A program made the translations under genes and the position numbers. Below the pieces are notes generated by a model. It was not told the DNA's origin. It made no database searches and saw only the letters and a list, made by a program, of their open reading frames with translations. Below, piece after piece: positions 38,318-49,198 of a stretch of DNA of 64,000 bases. The stretch comes from Dehalococcoidia bacterium (lineage in GTDB: Bacteria; Chloroflexota; Dehalococcoidia; GIF9; UBA5629): the NCBI GenBank assembly GCA_050011565.1, contig JBEKIW010000001.1, positions 96,001-160,000 of the forward strand, written 5' to 3'. Position 1 is the first letter of the stretch, and each line of letters begins with the position of its first letter.

Positions 38318-38881
38318 TTAACCTCCTTTTCCAAGGGCTTGTTTGTGGTATATGGAAATACAGGTATCACCGTATTTTTTTTCTTTTATACGAGATAGTC
38401 CGTCATAACTATCCTGAAGCGGAACTCGGCTAGCGTGTGAGATTACGACTAGCGATTCGCTATCTACGACTTTCGATACGGCCAGTTGTGTCGCCATTTG
38501 ATTTATCGACGGGTCTGAGTAAGGTGGGTCCATGAAGACAATGTCATAGTTGTCTTTTAGAAAAGTAAGAGCTTTGGCTGCGCTGCAGCAGTAGACATGA
38601 GCCTTTTGTGAAAATCCGACCTTTTGCAGATTCTGTTTAATGATAGCACAACATCTGGGTTCCTTTTCAACAAAATCGACCCACTCCGCGTCGCGGCTAA
38701 GGGCTTCAATGCCAAGTGCGCCGGTGCCGGCATACAGGTCTAGGCCCCGGAACCGGTCGGTAGTCAGGGGGGCGAGTATAGAGAAGATAGCTTCCCTGAC
38801 CTTATCTGTTGTCGGTCGAACAGGTCCGCTCTTGGGTACCATTAATTGTTGCCCTCTGGCAACGCCACCTGTAATACGCAT
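38318..38881 (-). CDS. rsmD: 16S rRNA m2G966 methyltransferase
   Basis: RPTTDKVREAIF, DLYAGTGALGIEALSR, DPPY. Confidence 0.93.
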   Translation of the reverse strand: MRITGGVARGQQLMVPKSGPVRPTTDKVREAIFSILAPLTTDRFRGLDLYAGTGALGIEALSRDAEWVDFVEKEPRCCAIIKQNLQKVGFSQKAHVYCCSAAKALTFLKDNYDIVFMDPPYSDPSINQMATQLAVSKVVDSESLVVISHASRVPLQDSYDGLSRIKEKKYGDTCISIYHKQALGKGG

Positions 38882-39097
38882 TTGTACCAGCCTTTGCCTG
38901 CATTATTATACATTGACTCGCCCTATAGTCAAGCTTTGCCCTTTCTTTTACGTGTGTGTTATACTTTCAAAGGCACTTTTGGTACTTACGAAGCATTGGT
39001 TTACCCTTTTCAAAAGCCTCACCGTTTAAAATAGGACTTTGGGACGTAGGAAAAGCCAGGCTTATCAGGGTAAACTAGACAGGGGAGGCTTGAGCAT

Positions 39098-39469
39098 TTG
39101 ATAGCTGACTTCGGTTATATTGGCATACTACTTATTGTCGGCATATTGTTCACAATTACCACTTTGCTTTTGCCTATCACTTTCAGGTTGTTCAAGATAG
39201 TTCCCAGGAAAAGCAGTCCGGCTAAGGAGTCCACTTACGAATGCGGCATGGAAACTATTGGCAAGACCTGGGTTCAATTTAACTTCCGCTATTACTTCTT
39301 CGCTGTTCTCTTCGTGGCGCTCGACGTGTTGACTGTTTTTCTGTACCCCTGGGCAGTTAACCTTAAGGGGCTTGGCCTGTACGGGCTTATTTCCGTAGCT
39401 GTTTTCTTCGCCATACTCATGGTCGGTTACGTTTATGCGTGGTATAAAGGTGCACTGGAATGGAAGTAG
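39098..39469 (+). CDS. nuoA: Complex I subunit A
   Basis: YECG, F..RYY, FLYPWA. Confidence 0.93.
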   Translation: MIADFGYIGILLIVGILFTITTLLLPITFRLFKIVPRKSSPAKESTYECGMETIGKTWVQFNFRYYFFAVLFVALDVLTVFLYPWAVNLKGLGLYGLISVAVFFAILMVGYVYAWYKGALEWK

Positions 39470-40050
39470 ATAAATATTCGATAGCACCTCCGAACGAGAT
39501 AGATATAGCTGAGGGGTTAAGGATTAACTCCTTAATTGCCGCCTCCCAGAATTCTATCCCGGACCCCGATAGCTGGATTGATGAGGAGATCAGGCGTAAT
39601 GTTCTGGTCACCTCGGTGGATTATGTGGTTGATTGGGCAAGGTCGCGGTCATTATTTCCGCTTATGTTCGGGTTGGCCTGCTGTGCTTTTGAGATGATTG
39701 GTATGGCAACTTCACGTTTTGACATCTCTCGCTTTGGTATGGATATTTTCCGCTGGTCGCCGCGCCAGGCGGACTTGATGATTGTTGCCGGGACACTTAC
39801 CTGGAAGATGGCACCGGCGGTGAAATTGGTCTATGACCAAATGGCTGAGCCTAAATGGGTTATAGCTATGGGGCAGTGCACCATCAGTGGCGGTCCTTTT
39901 AGAGAGTCCTATAGCGTGGTACCGGGCATCAATCGGATAATTCCCGTGGATGTCTATGTACCCGGGTGCCCGCCCAGACCTGAGGGATTGATACATGGCA
40001 TAACGAAACTGCATCAGAAAATCGTTAAGGAGAGCATAAATAAAGCGTGA
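39460..40050 (+). CDS. nuoB: Complex I subunit B
   Basis: [23 protein letters not shown]. Confidence 0.95.
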   Translation: MEVDKYSIAPPNEIDIAEGLRINSLIAASQNSIPDPDSWIDEEIRRNVLVTSVDYVVDWARSRSLFPLMFGLACCAFEMIGMATSRFDISRFGMDIFRWSPRQADLMIVAGTLTWKMAPAVKLVYDQMAEPKWVIAMGQCTISGGPFRESYSVVPGINRIIPVDVYVPGCPPRPEGLIHGITKLHQKIVKESINKA

Positions 40051-40487
40051 CCACAGCTTTAAATGGTGAGCAAGTATCCAGGAGAATAAACAAAGTATCC
40101 CCTGGTGCGGTGGTCGCTGCTGACAAGACAACTGTCATTGTTACCAGCGAGTCTCTGTTCAAGGCAGCGGAATTTCTAAAAAATACACCGGCGCTGGATT
40201 TTAACTATCTTACTGACCTCACTGCCGTTGATTATACGGACTATTTTGAAGTTGTTTACCAATTGGTGTCTTTGAAGCATAACCACAGTGTGGTTTTGAA
40301 GACAAGGTGCTATGACCGGGACAAACCCGTAGTACCCTCGGTGACCAGCCTGTGGCGCTCTGCCGATTTTTTGGAGCGCGAGACCTATGACCTTATGGGA
40401 ATTGTCTTTAACGGGCATCCTAATTTGAAGCGCTTATTGCTCTGGGAGGGCTTTGTCGGGCACCCGCTGCGGAGGGATTATCTATAG
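40047..40487 (+). CDS. nuoC: Complex I subunit C
   Basis: [16 protein letters not shown]...GHPLRRD. Confidence 0.94.
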   Translation: MTTALNGEQVSRRINKVSPGAVVAADKTTVIVTSESLFKAAEFLKNTPALDFNYLTDLTAVDYTDYFEVVYQLVSLKHNHSVVLKTRCYDRDKPVVPSVTSLWRSADFLERETYDLMGIVFNGHPNLKRLLLWEGFVGHPLRRDYL

Positions 40488-41591
40488 ATGGCTATAAAGA
40501 CTGAGCCGTTTATTCTTAATATAGGTCCTCAGCACCCATCGACTCACGGCGTCTTTCGCATGAGGGTTACCCTTGACGGCGAAGTAGTAGTCGATATCGA
40601 GCCCGTTATCGGTTATCTCCATCGGGGAATAGAAAAGATGGGGGAGAACAGGACTTACGCACAGATAATCCCCTTGACCGACAGACTTGACTATTTAGCA
40701 TCTCTGACTAATAACCTTGCCTACGTGCTGGCAGTGGAGAAGTTAGCCGGCATAGAGATTCCGGAGCGGGCTGAGTACCTGAGGATTATCATGGCGGAGG
40801 CGATGCGGATTTCCAGCCATCTTATGGCAGTTGGCTTCTTTTTTAACGATCTCGGAGCCATGATGACCCCGGTATTATATATGTGGCGAGAAAGGGAGAA
40901 GCTTTTAGACCTTTTTGAGATGGTTTGCGGTCAGCGACTTACCTACAATTATATGCGCATCGGCGGTGTGAGCCATGACATACCTGAGGAATTCTTACCG
41001 GCCCTCAAGAAGTTTGTGGCTGAAATGCCGGGATTTATCGACGAATATGACCGGCTGCTATCTCAGAATGAGATTGTACTGGCCAGGACCAAGGGGGTCG
41101 GCATTTTACCTAAAGCTACTGCTATAAACACCGCAGCTAGCGGTCCGGTGCTCAGGGCTAGCGGTGTGAAGTGGGACCTGCGCAAGGTTGACCCCTATTC
41201 TATTTATGACCGCTTTGATTTCGAAGTACCGGTAGGAACTGTTGGGGACAACTACGACCGATACTGGGTGAGGATGCAGGAGATGAGGCAAAGCGTTCGT
41301 ATTTTGGAGCAGGCGATAGCGCAGTTGCCTGGCGGGGAGGTTTGGGCTGACGTGCCCCAGTTGTTACACCCTCCGGTCGGTGAGGTTTACGGACATATAG
41401 AATCCCCGCGAGGAGAGCTGGGTTTCTTTCTTGTTAGCGATAATTCTATCGCTCCTTATAGATTTCACATCCGCCCACCGACGCTGATTAATCTGACTGC
41501 ATTGAAAGATATGGTGGTCGGTTGGAAGGTAGCCGACTTGATAGTTACGTTCGGCAGCATCGATGTTGTGCTGGGGGAGATAGACCGGTAA
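40488..41591 (+). CDS. nuoD: Complex I subunit D
   Basis: GPQHPSTHGV, GYLHRGIEK, ESPRGE, GEIDR; no Ni-binding CxxC. Confidence 0.95.
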   Translation: MAIKTEPFILNIGPQHPSTHGVFRMRVTLDGEVVVDIEPVIGYLHRGIEKMGENRTYAQIIPLTDRLDYLASLTNNLAYVLAVEKLAGIEIPERAEYLRIIMAEAMRISSHLMAVGFFFNDLGAMMTPVLYMWREREKLLDLFEMVCGQRLTYNYMRIGGVSHDIPEEFLPALKKFVAEMPGFIDEYDRLLSQNEIVLARTKGVGILPKATAINTAASGPVLRASGVKWDLRKVDPYSIYDRFDFEVPVGTVGDNYDRYWVRMQEMRQSVRILEQAIAQLPGGEVWADVPQLLHPPVGEVYGHIESPRGELGFFLVSDNSIAPYRFHIRPPTLINLTALKDMVVGWKVADLIVTFGSIDVVLGEIDR

Positions 41592-42700
41592 TGACTATGC
41601 TGGAACAGTTTCGACTGTGGCTGGGTGGCACCTGGCCTGATTGGGCTGCTTATCTGGTGCCGGCCATAGTCGGTATAGTGGTTGTTCTGGCATTCGTCGT
41701 GGTTTTAGTTATTGTCTTTATCTGGTTCGAGCGGCGGTTGCTGGGCCGGTTTCAAATACGTTTAGGCCCGAATCGACTTGGCCCGGAGGGGATTTTCCAG
41801 CCGATTGCCACTGCTGTGAAAATATTACTAAAAGAGGATATCGTGCCGGCTAAAGCGGATAAAGTGATTCACTGGCTGGCACCGGTGATTGTCTTTGTGC
41901 CCGTCTTGATGATTTTTGCTGTAGTCCCGTTGGGCCAGCGTGCCATTTTAACCGACCTCAATGTAGGTATCGTTTATGTAGTGGCTGTCAGCGCTGTATC
42001 GGCAGTCGGCATATACGCGGCAGGTTGGGCATCCAATAACAAATACGCTTTGATAGCTGCCTTGAGGACGGTGGCCCAGATGGTGAGCTATGAGCTGCCG
42101 GTAGTGCTGGCGATTCTGGGTGTGGTACTAATGGCGGGGTCTCTATCGATGACTCGAATTGTGGAGTCGCAGAGTATTCCCTACCTGGTACTGCAGCCGC
42201 TCGGTTTTGTCATCTTTTTCCTGGGCGCTGTGGCCGAAATGAACCGCAGTCCGTTTGACCTTCTCGAGGCTGACTCTGAAATTGTTGCCGGCTACCATAT
42301 TGAATACTCCGGAATGAAGTTTGCCATGTTCTATCTGGGCGAGTACGGACATGCGCTGGCTTACTCCTGTATCATCACGACGCTATTCCTTGCCGGCTGG
42401 CAGGGCCCATTTTTGCCGCCGATTATATGGTTTTTAATTAAAGTCTTCGCAGTGTTTTCGGTTATTGTCTGGATGAGAGCCACTCTACCCAGGCTTCGTG
42501 TAGACCAGTTAATGACCTTCGCCTGGAAGGGCCTGCTGCCCATGGCTATAATAAACCTTTTCGTCATCGCTGCTGAAATGCTATGGCTGCCCGAAATTAA
42601 TCTATGGATATTAGTCGTAATCAATGTTGTCTCTGCCGGCGTTCTGGTCCTGTTATGGTCGAGACTGTTTAGCTTAGGAGGCGGTCGAGTTGAAGTTTGA
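41591..42700 (+). CDS. nuoH: Complex I subunit H
   Basis: ERR..GR.Q.R.GPNR, AEMNRSPFDL.EA.SE; start moved to ATG 41591. Confidence 0.95.
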   Translation: MTMLEQFRLWLGGTWPDWAAYLVPAIVGIVVVLAFVVVLVIVFIWFERRLLGRFQIRLGPNRLGPEGIFQPIATAVKILLKEDIVPAKADKVIHWLAPVIVFVPVLMIFAVVPLGQRAILTDLNVGIVYVVAVSAVSAVGIYAAGWASNNKYALIAALRTVAQMVSYELPVVLAILGVVLMAGSLSMTRIVESQSIPYLVLQPLGFVIFFLGAVAEMNRSPFDLLEADSEIVAGYHIEYSGMKFAMFYLGEYGHALAYSCIITTLFLAGWQGPFLPPIIWFLIKVFAVFSVIVWMRATLPRLRVDQLMTFAWKGLLPMAIINLFVIAAEMLWLPEINLWILVVINVVSAGVLVLLWSRLFSLGGGRVEV

Positions 42701-43235
42701 GAGATACGGAATCGGCATAGCAAAGGGGATGGCTTTAACCTTCAAGCATCTGTTCCGTCCGCCTATTACGCTGCAGTATCCTGAAGAAAAGTTAGTTGTT
42801 TCCCGGCGCATAAGAGGCAATGAGCTGGTCTGGTATCTGGATAGATGCACCGGCTGCGCCACTTGCGCCAAGGCTTGCCCGCAGGGGAATATAGAAATTA
42901 TCACTCATGTCGGCAGCGAGAATAATTACGTGGTTGATAAATTTGAGGTAGATTGCGGGCGTTGTATGTTCTGCGGCTTGTGTGTTGAGGCTTGCCCTTA
43001 TGACGCTCTGGCTATGGGTCGCAGCTACGAACGGTCTCAGTACCGGCGTAGTGACGTTATACTGAGTAAAGAACAGCTTCAACTATCTGACATCAGACAG
43101 CCAAGCGGCTATGCTCGGCCGCTGATTGAAGCAAGCTTACCAAAACAGAGCTTGCTGGTTTATTGGAACAAGAAGGAAGGCGGACAAAAATTGAGCTGGC
43201 TGGGGCTTAGTAAAAAGAGAGGTCGCGGTGTCTAG
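42690..43235 (+). CDS. nuoI: Complex I subunit I
   Basis: TLQYPEE, two CxxCxxCxxxCP motifs. Confidence 0.94.
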   Translation: MKFERYGIGIAKGMALTFKHLFRPPITLQYPEEKLVVSRRIRGNELVWYLDRCTGCATCAKACPQGNIEIITHVGSENNYVVDKFEVDCGRCMFCGLCVEACPYDALAMGRSYERSQYRRSDVILSKEQLQLSDIRQPSGYARPLIEASLPKQSLLVYWNKKEGGQKLSWLGLSKKRGRGV

Positions 43236-43713
43236 TATTGTCTTCTGGTTATTAGCCGTGCTGACCGTAGGCGCAGCCTTAGCTGTCGTCGTACTTCGCG
43301 ATGTTTTTCGGGCAGCTCTGTCTCTGGTTCTGCTTTTCTTGACTATAGCCGTACTATATATAACCCTTTACGCCGACTTTCTGGCAGTTGTGCAGATACT
43401 TATTTATGTTGGAGCTATCTCAATATTGATTATCGTGGCAGTCATGCTTACGCGCGAAGTCTGGCACGGTAGTCCGCCGGGCAAGTTGCGTATTCCTGCA
43501 CTGGTGGTGAGCTTGCTGCTTTTAGGGACGATGGTCTTCACCGTGGTTAGCACTCAATGGGAAACGAGTGGTGAACCGCCTCAACAGCCGACAACCGCAG
43601 CCATAGGTACCAATCTATTCAGCCAGGGCGGCTTTATACTGCCGGTGGAAATTAGCGCTGTGTTGCTTTTAGCGGCCATACTCGGCGCTATCGTGCTGAT
43701 GAGGGAGAAATAG
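43228..43713 (+). CDS. nuoJ: Complex I subunit J
   Basis: QILIYVGAI, PVEI.AVLLL. Confidence 0.92.
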   Translation: MSSIVFWLLAVLTVGAALAVVVLRDVFRAALSLVLLFLTIAVLYITLYADFLAVVQILIYVGAISILIIVAVMLTREVWHGSPPGKLRIPALVVSLLLLGTMVFTVVSTQWETSGEPPQQPTTAAIGTNLFSQGGFILPVEISAVLLLAAILGAIVLMREK

Positions 43714-43714
43714 A

Positions 43715-44026
43715 ATGGCGGTTGGACTGAATCATTACCTCGTTTTATCGGCGGTACTTTTCTGCATCGGGTTTTATGGGGTTCTGGCCAAACGAAATGC
43801 GGTAGTCATTTTGATGTGCATTGAGATTATGCTCAATGCGGTGAATATCGCACTGGTTGCCTTCTCCCGCTACGTTGTGCCGATGTTACTTACCGGGCAG
43901 ATATTTGCCATATTCGTCATAGTTGTAGCTGCGGCGGAGGCTGCTGTGGGCATAGCTATAATAATCACTATTTATCGCCGACGTGAATCTGTTGATGTCG
44001 ATAAATTCGATTTAATGAAGTGGTAG
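43715..44026 (+). CDS. nuoK: Complex I subunit K
   Basis: MCIEIMLNA, AAAEAAVG. Confidence 0.94.
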   Translation: MAVGLNHYLVLSAVLFCIGFYGVLAKRNAVVILMCIEIMLNAVNIALVAFSRYVVPMLLTGQIFAIFVIVVAAAEAAVGIAIIITIYRRRESVDVDKFDLMKW

Positions 44027-44037
44027 CGAGCAGATAA

Positions 44038-44235
44038 ATGTGGGTTCAAGTTAAAAGCGCACCCAATTTGATAATGGCCGAGATGTGGAAGGAATACTTT
44101 GAAGGCGAGGGTATTCCGACGCGTATCCTGCCTGACCCGGACAAGAAGCCGGACAGCGGCGAATTGGCCAGCTACCGCATCTATGTATCTAAGGAGAAAG
44201 TACATGTTGTCGAGGAGGTCTTGAGGAAACTGTGA
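44038..44235 (+). CDS. Small DUF2007-like putative signal-transducing protein
   Basis: AEMWKEYFEGEGIP...YRIYV; overlaps the nuoL start. Confidence 0.7.
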   Translation: MWVQVKSAPNLIMAEMWKEYFEGEGIPTRILPDPDKKPDSGELASYRIYVSKEKVHVVEEVLRKL

Positions 44236-46151
44236 TGCCGCATCAGGTTCCCTGGCTTATATTTCTGTTACCCTTTTTCTCGCTTATCATCATTTCCTTT
44301 ATTCTCCGGCCTTTCTTTAATAACCGTCCCAAGTTAGGCGGCTATGTAACCATCGGTGCTATTGGCATTTCTTTCCTGCTCTCTTTGTGGGTGCTGGTGG
44401 AAGTCCTGGCTGCACCCGGTCATCAGCTGCAAATACCTGACATACAGTGGGTTGTGATTGGCAACCTTAGCGTCCATGTCGGGCTTTTAGTTGATTCTCT
44501 TACAGCAGTAATGGTGGTGGTGGTCAGCTTTGTCAGCTTGATGGTCCAGATCTATTCTCAGGGATATATGCGTGATGACCCCGGCTATCATCGCTATTTC
44601 GCCTTCATGTCTCTTTTTACTGCCTGCATGTTGGGCCTGGTTATGGCCAATAATCTGGTTTTTCTGTTTCTCTTCTGGGAGGGCGTCGGCTTGGGCTCTT
44701 ATCTGCTCATCGGCTTCTGGTTTCATCGGCCATCTGCTGCCAATGCCGCTAAGAAAGCATTCATTGTCACACGTTTCGGTGATTTCGGTTTTCTGGCCGC
44801 TATCCTGTTACTTTTCTACAATACGGGGACCTTTGACATCGGGCAGTTGCACAGCTTAGCCATTACAGGAGTCCTGGCCGGGTCAACTTTGACCTGGGCG
44901 GCTATCGGCATTTTCTCCGGTGCCGTGGGTAAATCAGCGCAATTTCCCTTGCACGTCTGGCTGCCTGATGCTATGGAAGGCCCGACGCCGGTGAGTGCCT
45001 TGATTCATGCGGCGACAATGGTGGCAGCGGGGGTCTTCCTGGTGGCTAGATTCTTTCCATTGTTTGAGCATTCTCAGGCGGCTCTAACTACCGTAGCCGT
45101 TATCGGTGGTTTTACGGCTATTTTCGCTGCCACCATGGGCCTGGTGATGACTGATATTAAGCGTGTACTGGCCTATTCCACAATCAGCCAGCTCGGCTAT
45201 ATGATGCTGGGTCTTGGCGTCGGCGGTGTCGCCGTCGGCATCTTTCATCTGTTCAACCATGCTTTCTTTAAGGCGCTGCTGTTTCTTGGGGCTGGCAGTG
45301 TAAATCATAGCACCGGGACTTTCGACATGCGGGAGATGGGCGGCTTACGCAAAGCGATGCCGTGGACTTTTATTACCTTTCTCATCGCTTCAATCAGCAT
45401 AGCCGGTATCTGGCCGCTGGCCGGGTTCTGGAGCAAGGACGAAATACTGGCCTACTCCCTGGCCAACAATCCGATATTGTTCTACCTGGCCATGATAACC
45501 GTTTTTATAACAGCCTTTTATATGTTCCGTGCCGTGTTTCTAACCTTCGGCGGTGAGTACCGGGGTGGAGCCGTATCGAGCCACGGCGGGCATAGCGGTA
45601 AAAAACTTCACGAATCGCCGATGGTGATGGTGGTTCCGATGGCCATTCTGGCGGTCCTGTCTATTGTGTCAGGCTGGCTTAACGTTACCGGCTCATTCGG
45701 ACAATTTTTAGGTCATGGTATTAGTGGTGAAGCGCCTGGCTTTTTCCAGGGTTTCTTTGGTGTCCTCGCCCATCCGCTGCCTTTAATATCGCTGATATTA
45801 GCCGGTTTGGGCATTTTCCTGGCCTACGCCATGTACAGCGCCAAATGGCTATCGGCTGAAGCTGTAGGCAGGGTTTTCAAACCTGTCTATAACCTGTTTT
45901 ATCATAAATACTGGTTCGATGAGCTTTATGAGAAGGTCATTGTGGTCAAGGTTCTGGTTGATGGAATTTTTTGGGCGCTCAGTGTCTTTGACTCCCGTGT
46001 AGTTGATGGCGCAGTCAATGGTGTAGCCACCGGCACTGCCGAGGCTGGCGGAGCTATACGCAGGACGCAGACAGGGCAATTGCAGGCTTACGGCATAGCT
46101 ATTGCAGTAGGCATAATAGCCATCGCCGTCTGTTTTTATGTATTTGGCTGA
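44232..46151 (+). CDS. nuoL: Complex I subunit L
   Basis: GKSAQFPLHVWLPDAMEGPTPVSALIHAATMV, HAFFKALLF. Confidence 0.96.
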   Translation: MMPHQVPWLIFLLPFFSLIIISFILRPFFNNRPKLGGYVTIGAIGISFLLSLWVLVEVLAAPGHQLQIPDIQWVVIGNLSVHVGLLVDSLTAVMVVVVSFVSLMVQIYSQGYMRDDPGYHRYFAFMSLFTACMLGLVMANNLVFLFLFWEGVGLGSYLLIGFWFHRPSAANAAKKAFIVTRFGDFGFLAAILLLFYNTGTFDIGQLHSLAITGVLAGSTLTWAAIGIFSGAVGKSAQFPLHVWLPDAMEGPTPVSALIHAATMVAAGVFLVARFFPLFEHSQAALTTVAVIGGFTAIFAATMGLVMTDIKRVLAYSTISQLGYMMLGLGVGGVAVGIFHLFNHAFFKALLFLGAGSVNHSTGTFDMREMGGLRKAMPWTFITFLIASISIAGIWPLAGFWSKDEILAYSLANNPILFYLAMITVFITAFYMFRAVFLTFGGEYRGGAVSSHGGHSGKKLHESPMVMVVPMAILAVLSIVSGWLNVTGSFGQFLGHGISGEAPGFFQGFFGVLAHPLPLISLILAGLGIFLAYAMYSAKWLSAEAVGRVFKPVYNLFYHKYWFDELYEKVIVVKVLVDGIFWALSVFDSRVVDGAVNGVATGTAEAGGAIRRTQTGQLQAYGIAIAVGIIAIAVCFYVFG

Positions 46152-46162
46152 GGTAATGTGAT

Positions 46163-47650
46163 TTGAGTTTTCCCTATCTATCAACCATATTATTCCTGCC
46201 GGTGGTCGGGCTGGTAATTATTGCTTTGTGGCCTAAGCCGCAACAAAAGACCGTAAGGCTTACAGCCTTGATATTCACCCTGGCTTCATTTGCTCTGTCA
46301 ATCGCTGTCTTTTGCATTTTCAACCGTTCCAGCGCAGCTATAGGACAAATTCAATTCGAGGAAAAGCTTTCCTGGATTCCAGCCATCAATGCTTTCTACC
46401 ATGTCGGTGTTGATGGCCTCAGCTTGCCTCTGGTTATTCTAATGACTTTTCTTGGTGTGCTGGCGGTGCTGGTGTCGTGGAATGTCCAGCTAAGGCCAAA
46501 GGAATATTTCACCTGGTTATTGCTTCTGGAGACGAGCATACTGGGAGTCTTTTCTTCCCTAGACCTCGTCCTATTCTTCCTTTTCTGGGAATTGGAGCTA
46601 ATCCCAATGTATTTCCTCATCTCCGTCTGGGGGAGCGGCAGAAAAGAATACTCAGCTATTAAGTATGTGATATATACCTTGGTCGGCAGCGCACTTATGC
46701 TGGCCGGCATTTTAAGCATCTATTTCACGACCGGCAGCCTGAACATGATGGAACTGGCCGGCATGTCTTCTGCGAAAGCAGTAATTCCGCTGGCGGCTAT
46801 GTTCTTCTTGCTTTTAACCGGTTTCGCTATCAAGCTGCCCGTGTTTCCTCTGCACACCTGGTTACCCGACGCCCACACCGATGCGCCGACAGCAGCCAGC
46901 TTGATTCTGGCCGGGGCATTGCTTAAGATGGGCGGTTACGGGATGATTCGCCTTTGCGTCTCCATTTTCCCCCAGGTTGCTTTGCAGTATGCTCCGTTAC
47001 TGGTGGTCCTGGCGGTTGTCAGTGTGCTTTATGGAGCCGCGGTGACCTTAAGGCAGAAGGATTTGAAGCGGCTGATTGCGTACAGCAGCGTCAGCCATAT
47101 GGGCTATGTTCTTCTGGGCGTTTTCGCTTTGAGCCAGATAAGCCTGACCGGCGCTGTTTTGCAGATGTTCAGTCACGGCATTATAACGGGACTTCTGTTT
47201 GCCATGGTCGGGCTGGTTTACGATAAATCTCATGAGCGCAATCTGGATAATCTAGGCGGGCTAGCTCGACAGATGCCGGTTATAGTGGTGGTCTTCAGCA
47301 TAGCCGGGCTGGCATCTTTGGGGTTGCCGGGTACAAGCGGTTTTGCGGCTGAGTTTATCACCTTTGTTGGCAGCTACTCGAGTCCGGCCGTTCCCTGGAT
47401 TCAGTTATATACCATTCTTGGTGTCTTCGGCATTGTCTTAACTGCCGGCTATATTTTATGGATGCTGCAGCGCGTTTTTTATGGCCCGCCGTTGGAGAAA
47501 TTCAGCAAAGTACCTGATGCCAACAATGTCGACAAGATTTGTATCTTCTCTTTCGTGGCTGCCATTATGTTGGTAGGCATCTATCCGGCTATCCTGACCA
47601 ATGTCATCCAGATGGGCGTTGAGCCGATAGCCAGATTGTTAGGTTCATGA
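46163..47650 (+). CDS. nuoM: Complex I subunit M
   Basis: FWELELIPM, PLHTWLPDAH, LIAYSSVSHMG. Confidence 0.95.
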   Translation: MSFPYLSTILFLPVVGLVIIALWPKPQQKTVRLTALIFTLASFALSIAVFCIFNRSSAAIGQIQFEEKLSWIPAINAFYHVGVDGLSLPLVILMTFLGVLAVLVSWNVQLRPKEYFTWLLLLETSILGVFSSLDLVLFFLFWELELIPMYFLISVWGSGRKEYSAIKYVIYTLVGSALMLAGILSIYFTTGSLNMMELAGMSSAKAVIPLAAMFFLLLTGFAIKLPVFPLHTWLPDAHTDAPTAASLILAGALLKMGGYGMIRLCVSIFPQVALQYAPLLVVLAVVSVLYGAAVTLRQKDLKRLIAYSSVSHMGYVLLGVFALSQISLTGAVLQMFSHGIITGLLFAMVGLVYDKSHERNLDNLGGLARQMPVIVVVFSIAGLASLGLPGTSGFAAEFITFVGSYSSPAVPWIQLYTILGVFGIVLTAGYILWMLQRVFYGPPLEKFSKVPDANNVDKICIFSFVAAIMLVGIYPAILTNVIQMGVEPIARLLGS

Positions 47651-47667
47651 TACGGATGGTTTAATCT

Positions 47668-49140
47668 ATGACGGTAAACGAGTTTCGTTTTCTGACCCCG
47701 GAACTCAGCCTGCTGGGTTTTGCTATAGCGGTGATATTGCTTGACCTGTTTATCAAGCAAAAGAGAGTTTTGGCCGGCATTAGCGTAGCCGGAGTTGTGG
47801 TTTCCGCAGGCTTTACGGTAGCTATGTGGGGCGAACCGGGTGTAGCTATTTTCGGCCGGATGCTGGCGGTTGACAACTTCGCCCTTTTCTTCAAGCTCCT
47901 GATGCTGGCGGCTGCCGGACTCATTATACTGGCATCTCAAGACTACGTGAGGAAATTTGAGAGATTCCAGGGTGAATATTATGCGCTGGTACTTCTCTCG
48001 GCCGTAGGCATGATATTACTGGTGGCGGCGTCAGACCTGATTTCTATCTATGTATCCTTGGAATTAACCGGCATCTCCTTATACGTACTGGCCAGCTTCT
48101 TAAAAGACCGGAAGTCGTCCGAGGCCGGACTGAAGTACCTGCTTCTGGGTGCCGTGGCTTCGGCGGTGCTTCTGTACGGTATGGCCCTGTTATTCGGCTT
48201 TACGGGAAGGACTTGCCTGATGTGCATTGCCGAGTATGTTCAGGGTATGCCCGGCGCCGGCCTGCTGAATAATCCGGCTCTGCTTTTGGCCATGGTGCTT
48301 TTAGCTGCCGGTTTCGGCTTTAAGATTGCCTGTTTTCCCTTCCAGATGTGGGTTCCCGACGTTTATGAAGGCGCACCGACGCCGGTTACTGCCTATCTTT
48401 CGGTAGCCAGCAAGGCGGCGGGCTTCGCCGTTATACTTCGTGTTTTCTTCGTTGCCCTCGGCTCCCCTGAATGGCTTAGCCTTAATTGGGGCATGATGTT
48501 TGCCGTTTTGAGCGCTATCACCATGACGGTGGGCAATGTGGCAGCTATTCTTCAAACCAATATCAAGCGCATGCTCGGTTACTCCAGCATAGCTCAAGCC
48601 GGCTACCTCATGGTGGGGCTGGCCACAGTGGGGATGGCGCTGGGAAATGACGCTCTGGGGCAAAGCGGCCTTATTTTCTTCCTCATGAGCTACGCCGTCA
48701 CCAATTTGGGAGCCTTTATCGCCGTAATTGCCATCTCTAACAAAATTGATAGCGATGAGATTAACAAATATACCGGTATGGGCAAACGCGCACCGCTTCT
48801 GTCAGCCGCCTTAACTTTAAGTTTGATTTCCTTGATTGGCTTGCCGCCGACAGCGGGGCTTATTGCCAAGATTTACATTTTCAGTGGAGCAGTGCAACAT
48901 GGCTTGCTGTGGCTGGTTATCGTGGCGGTGATAAATAGTGCCATTTCTGCTTTCTACTACTTGAGGGTTGTGAAAGTGATGTGGTCAGGTACTCCGGCTT
49001 CTGAGGAGAAGGTGCCTTCGTCCTGGGCACTGCGCACTGCTTTAGCCCTGTGCTGTCTCTTCGTCGTGCTGTTAGGCGTCATCCCTGGTGGTTTTGTAGG
49101 CATTGCTCAAGCTGCTGCCAAAATCTTCGCTGGCTTATAG
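47668..49140 (+). CDS. nuoN: Complex I subunit N
   Basis: EAGLKYLLLG, PFQMWVPDVYEGAP, KRMLGYSSIAQAGY. Confidence 0.95.
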   Translation: MTVNEFRFLTPELSLLGFAIAVILLDLFIKQKRVLAGISVAGVVVSAGFTVAMWGEPGVAIFGRMLAVDNFALFFKLLMLAAAGLIILASQDYVRKFERFQGEYYALVLLSAVGMILLVAASDLISIYVSLELTGISLYVLASFLKDRKSSEAGLKYLLLGAVASAVLLYGMALLFGFTGRTCLMCIAEYVQGMPGAGLLNNPALLLAMVLLAAGFGFKIACFPFQMWVPDVYEGAPTPVTAYLSVASKAAGFAVILRVFFVALGSPEWLSLNWGMMFAVLSAITMTVGNVAAILQTNIKRMLGYSSIAQAGYLMVGLATVGMALGNDALGQSGLIFFLMSYAVTNLGAFIAVIAISNKIDSDEINKYTGMGKRAPLLSAALTLSLISLIGLPPTAGLIAKIYIFSGAVQHGLLWLVIVAVINSAISAFYYLRVVKVMWSGTPASEEKVPSSWALRTALALCCLFVVLLGVIPGGFVGIAQAAAKIFAGL

Positions 49141-49198
49141 GCCGCTCGTATTCAATCTATTATGCCTCGTGCCCCAATTTGACACTCTCTCGCTACGG

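Noticed and set aside
39460-41591. Group 4 [NiFe]-hydrogenase
   Set aside because: The large subunit lacks both Ni-binding CxxC motifs and NuoB has the tandem CC, consistent with complex I.
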